A model generated the notes under the pieces. The model was not told the DNA's origin. It saw nothing but the letters and a program-made list of their open reading frames with translations, and did no database searches. Shown here in pieces: positions 24,978-27,609 of a stretch of 27,609 bases of DNA. The position numbers and the translations under genes were made by a program. Source of the stretch: a virus (Duplodnaviria; Caudoviricetes). The stretch spans positions 1 to 27,609 of the IMG/VR virus record IMGVR_UViG_3300037311_000519. One strand, given 5' to 3'. Each line of letters begins with the position of its first letter. The stretch's first letter is position 1.

Positions 24978-25399
24978 TGCTGCCCCTGCTCGTGCTCGGC
25001 GATTATGTGTTCGAGACGCTGCCCCTTTCGCTCCAGACCATCAGCGAGACCACCAAGTACAAGTGGCCGGCCAAGGCCCGCTTCGGCACCACGGCGGCGC
25101 GGCAGTTCGTGGGCTATGGCGATGACGAGTTCACCATCGAGGGCCTGTATTACGACGCCGAATTCGGCGGCCATGGCGACTATCTCGCCCTCAAAGCGCT
25201 GGCGCGGCAGGCGCAGCCGATCGAACTGATCGGCTGGGCGGCGGGCGGCGTGGCGGCGCAGGTGTTCGGCCTCGTCGTCATTCTCGAGGTGTCGGCCAAG
25301 CACGCGCACATCACCAGCGCGGGCGTCGGCGCGAAGGTCGAGTTCTCGGTGAAGTGCGCGCCGTTTGGCGACGACGGACCGGCGGGAGGCCTCTACTAA
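24977..25399 (+). CDS. Tail protein (P2 gpU family)
   Basis: 'LLVLGDYVF', 'WP.KARFG...ARQFVG.G.DE.TIEG' and 'KVEFSV'. TGATG overlap. Confidence 0.9.
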   Translation: MLPLLVLGDYVFETLPLSLQTISETTKYKWPAKARFGTTAARQFVGYGDDEFTIEGLYYDAEFGGHGDYLALKALARQAQPIELIGWAAGGVAAQVFGLVVILEVSAKHAHITSAGVGAKVEFSVKCAPFGDDGPAGGLY

Positions 25400-25611
25400 T
25401 GCGGGTGAAGGTGCTGCGGCAGGAGATGACGGTCGATCTGGTGGTCTGGGCCGCGCTGGGACAGCAGGACGACCGGCTGGTGGAGCGCACGCTCGCGCTC
25501 AATCCTGGCCTCGCCGACGCCGGTGCTGTGCTGCCCGTGGGCATCGAGATCGAGCTGCCGGACAGTCGCCGGACCCCTGAGCCGGCACCCGTGACCAGGC
25601 TGTTCGACTGA
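25399..25611 (+). CDS. Tail protein X (P2 gpX, LysM-like)
   Basis: TAATG overlap. 'TVDLVVW', 'VERTLALNPGLAD.GAVLP.G..IELP' and 'RLFD'. Confidence 0.92.
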   Translation: MRVKVLRQEMTVDLVVWAALGQQDDRLVERTLALNPGLADAGAVLPVGIEIELPDSRRTPEPAPVTRLFD

Positions 25612-26651
25612 TGTTTCGGCTGGGGATCGCACAGGGCGGCTATACGCCCTGCATTGAAATCACGATCGACGGACGCGAGGTCTCGGCGGTCGTCTACAAC
25701 CGGCTGATCAGCTGCACGATCCGTGACGAAGCCGGCCAGACCGCCGACACCATCACCATCACGCTGGATGATCGGCCGCCATGGCTGGAACAGCCCGCGC
25801 CCAACGCCACCATCGTCGTCATCGGCGGCTACCTGGAAACCGGCACGCGGCACCTCGGCACGTTCAAGCTGCAGAAAGTCGCCTTCAAGGGCAGCGACGA
25901 GGGCACAACGATGGTGATCCAGGGCAGCGCCGCCGACCTCAAAACCAGGCTCAAGGATGTCGACCGCGAAAGCTTCGAGGACACCGATGTCAACGCCATC
26001 GTCGAAGCGATCGCCACGCGCAACGGCCTCAAGGCGGAGATCGCCAAGGAGGTCGGCGAGATCAAGATCGACTACCGGGCCCGTGTCGACACGTCCGAGA
26101 TCGATTGGCTCACCCAGCTGGGCGACGAGATCGGGGCGGTGATCAAGCCCATGGGCGACAAGCTCGTGGCCGCCCGCATGGGTGAGGCCAAGGCGGTCTC
26201 GGGCCGCAACCTGCCTCAGATTGTGATCACGCCTGAGGACTGCATGAGCTGGGAGATCACGCCGGAGGGCCGACCGGTCTACGGCAAGGTGGTGGCGAGC
26301 TATATCGACCAGCGCAGCGGCAAGCGCGTGAAGGTGGAGAGCCGCACAGGCCTCAAGGGGCCAAACAACACGCTGAAAGAGCCCTATCCCACGAAGGAAT
26401 TGGCGGAGAAGGCGGCGCAGGCGGAGGCCCGCCGGCTCACCCGCAACACGGGCGAAGGCCAGTTCGTGCTCGCCAAGGGGCGGCTCGACACCCAGGCTGA
26501 AGCCGATGTGCTCGCGTTGGATTTCAGGCCCGGCGTGGCGGGCGACTGGCGCTGCCACGCGGTCGAGCGCGAATTCGCAAGCGACGGCTGGGGCGAGACG
26601 ATCGAGATCAAGGGGAAGGAAGATGGCTCATCGCCGGGAGCCAAGGACTGA
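25611..26651 (+). CDS. Baseplate hub / late control D protein (P2 gpD)
   Basis: 'RLIS.TI.DEAG..ADTITITLDD', 'GYLETG...LGTF', 'SEIDWLTQLG..IGA..K' and 'G.W....VE'. Confidence 0.93.
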   Translation: MFRLGIAQGGYTPCIEITIDGREVSAVVYNRLISCTIRDEAGQTADTITITLDDRPPWLEQPAPNATIVVIGGYLETGTRHLGTFKLQKVAFKGSDEGTTMVIQGSAADLKTRLKDVDRESFEDTDVNAIVEAIATRNGLKAEIAKEVGEIKIDYRARVDTSEIDWLTQLGDEIGAVIKPMGDKLVAARMGEAKAVSGRNLPQIVITPEDCMSWEITPEGRPVYGKVVASYIDQRSGKRVKVESRTGLKGPNNTLKEPYPTKELAEKAAQAEARRLTRNTGEGQFVLAKGRLDTQAEADVLALDFRPGVAGDWRCHAVEREFASDGWGETIEIKGKEDGSSPGAKD

Positions 26652-26659
26652 CGCGAAGA

Positions 26660-26791
26660 CCAGCGACGGGGCCGCCCGAAGGCGGCAGCGGGGCCATGCC
26701 GCCAAGCAATTTCCCCGCCCGATGCAACACTCCCGAAACATCGCCCGACGGCCGCCAGAGGCGGCGGAGACACGGGCTGTGAGTCGTGGAG
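26660..26791 (+). promoter_or_regulatory. Candidate structured RNA leader of the methyltransferase gene
   Basis: Four internal hairpins closed by a helix (26660-26667 with 26783-26789) that runs into the GGAG RBS at 26788-26791. Confidence 0.5.
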
Positions 26792-26799
26792 CACCGACA

Positions 26800-27609
26800 A
26801 TGAGCCAATACAGCGCAGTGCGCCCGATCAGCCCGGTGGCGGGCTACGTCGGCGGGAAAAGACAACTCTCCAAGCGGATCGCGGCCAAGGTGGCCGGGAT
26901 CGATCACACGCTTTACGCAGAGCCCTTCGTCGGCATGGGCGGGCTGTTCTTTCGCCGCGACCAGCGCCCGGGGGTCGAGGCCATCAACGATCTGAACCGC
27001 GATGTGGCGACCTTCTTCCGTATCCTCCAGCGGCACTACGAGCCTTTCCTGGACATGCTGAAATGGCGGCTCGCGAGCCGGGCGGACTTTGAGCGGCTGA
27101 TGGCGACGGACCCCGACACGCTCACCGATCTGGAGCGCGCCGCGCGCTTTCTGCAGCTGCAGCGGCTGGCGTTCGGTGGCAAGGTCGCGGGCCGCAACTT
27201 CGGCGTCGCGCCAAGCGGCCCAGCGCGGTTTGACGTGAGCAAGCTCGCGCCACTGCTCGAAGCGGCCCATGAGCGGCTCTGCGGCGTCTGGATCGAGTGT
27301 TTGCCCTATGCCGATTTCATCGCCAGGTATGATCGCCCCGGAGCGTTGTTCGTGTGCGATCCGCCCTACTGGGGCAGCGAACACTACTATGGCCGTGAGC
27401 TGTTCAGCCCGGCCGATTTCGAGCGCTTGATGCTGGCTCTCAAGGCCATTGAAGGCCGCTTCATCATGACCGTGAACGACGTGCCTGAGCTGCGCGCGAT
27501 ATTCGCCTGGGCCACCATCGAGACGGCGGAGGTGACCTACACCGTTAGCAGCGGGCCACCGCGCAAAGCACGCGAGATCATCATCACCGGCGGTGGGCGA
27601 ACGCCTTAG
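26800..27609 (+). CDS. D12-class N6-adenine DNA methyltransferase (Dam-like), orphan
   Basis: 'YVGGKRQL', 'YAEPFVGMGGLFF', 'EAINDLN', 'RAARFL' and catalytic 'DPPY'. GGAG RBS 8 nt before the ATG at 26800. Confidence 0.93.
   Translation: MSQYSAVRPISPVAGYVGGKRQLSKRIAAKVAGIDHTLYAEPFVGMGGLFFRRDQRPGVEAINDLNRDVATFFRILQRHYEPFLDMLKWRLASRADFERLMATDPDTLTDLERAARFLQLQRLAFGGKVAGRNFGVAPSGPARFDVSKLAPLLEAAHERLCGVWIECLPYADFIARYDRPGALFVCDPPYWGSEHYYGRELFSPADFERLMLALKAIEGRFIMTVNDVPELRAIFAWATIETAEVTYTVSSGPPRKAREIIITGGGRTP

Larger units (their letters stand above)
1..27609 (+). mobile_element. Late region of a Mu-like (transposable) prophage with a P2-like contractile tail; both ends extend beyond the window
   Basis: Continuous co-oriented run of Mu gp25-gp36/gpG-like head genes, P2 V/W/J/I/H/FI/FII/E/T/U/X/D-like tail genes and a terminal DNA methylase. 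Many ATGA/TGATG overlaps and no obvious frameshift decay. Confidence 0.95.

Noticed and set aside
26506-26799. N-terminal extension of the methylase or a Com-like zinc-finger gene
   Set aside because: The extension overlaps gpD and lacks methylase motifs. SD and ATG at 26800 fit better, and no CxxC...CxxC small ORF is seen.

Overview
The whole 27.6-kb window is the late (morphogenesis) region of a GC-rich transposable Mu-like prophage or phage, probably from an alphaproteobacterial host (inference from codon usage and protein style). A Mu-type head module (gp25/26/27-like, terminase, DUF935 portal, MuF, protease/scaffold, cement protein, capsid, gp36, gpG) is joined to a P2-type contractile tail (V, W, J, I, H-like fibre, extra adhesins, sheath, tube, E/E' chaperone, tape measure, U, X, D). 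The window ends in a D12-class adenine methyltransferase at the position of Mu mom. Nearly all genes are on the + strand and translationally coupled. Transposase, repressor, lysis genes and phage ends lie outside the window. The most notable signals are: a ~200-nt densely structured non-coding segment downstream of the capsid gene (9147-9346); a closed multi-hairpin leader that pairs into the methyltransferase RBS (26652-26799); an identical 18-bp perfect palindrome in front of both the head and the sheath operons; a low-GC Schlafen/AlbA_2 moron on the opposite strand; an AT-rich swapped tip on a tail fibre; a MuF C-terminal extension with no immunity gene; and a -1 frameshift site for the tail chaperone that I checked by hand. 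All family assignments come from motif recognition and synteny, not database searches.
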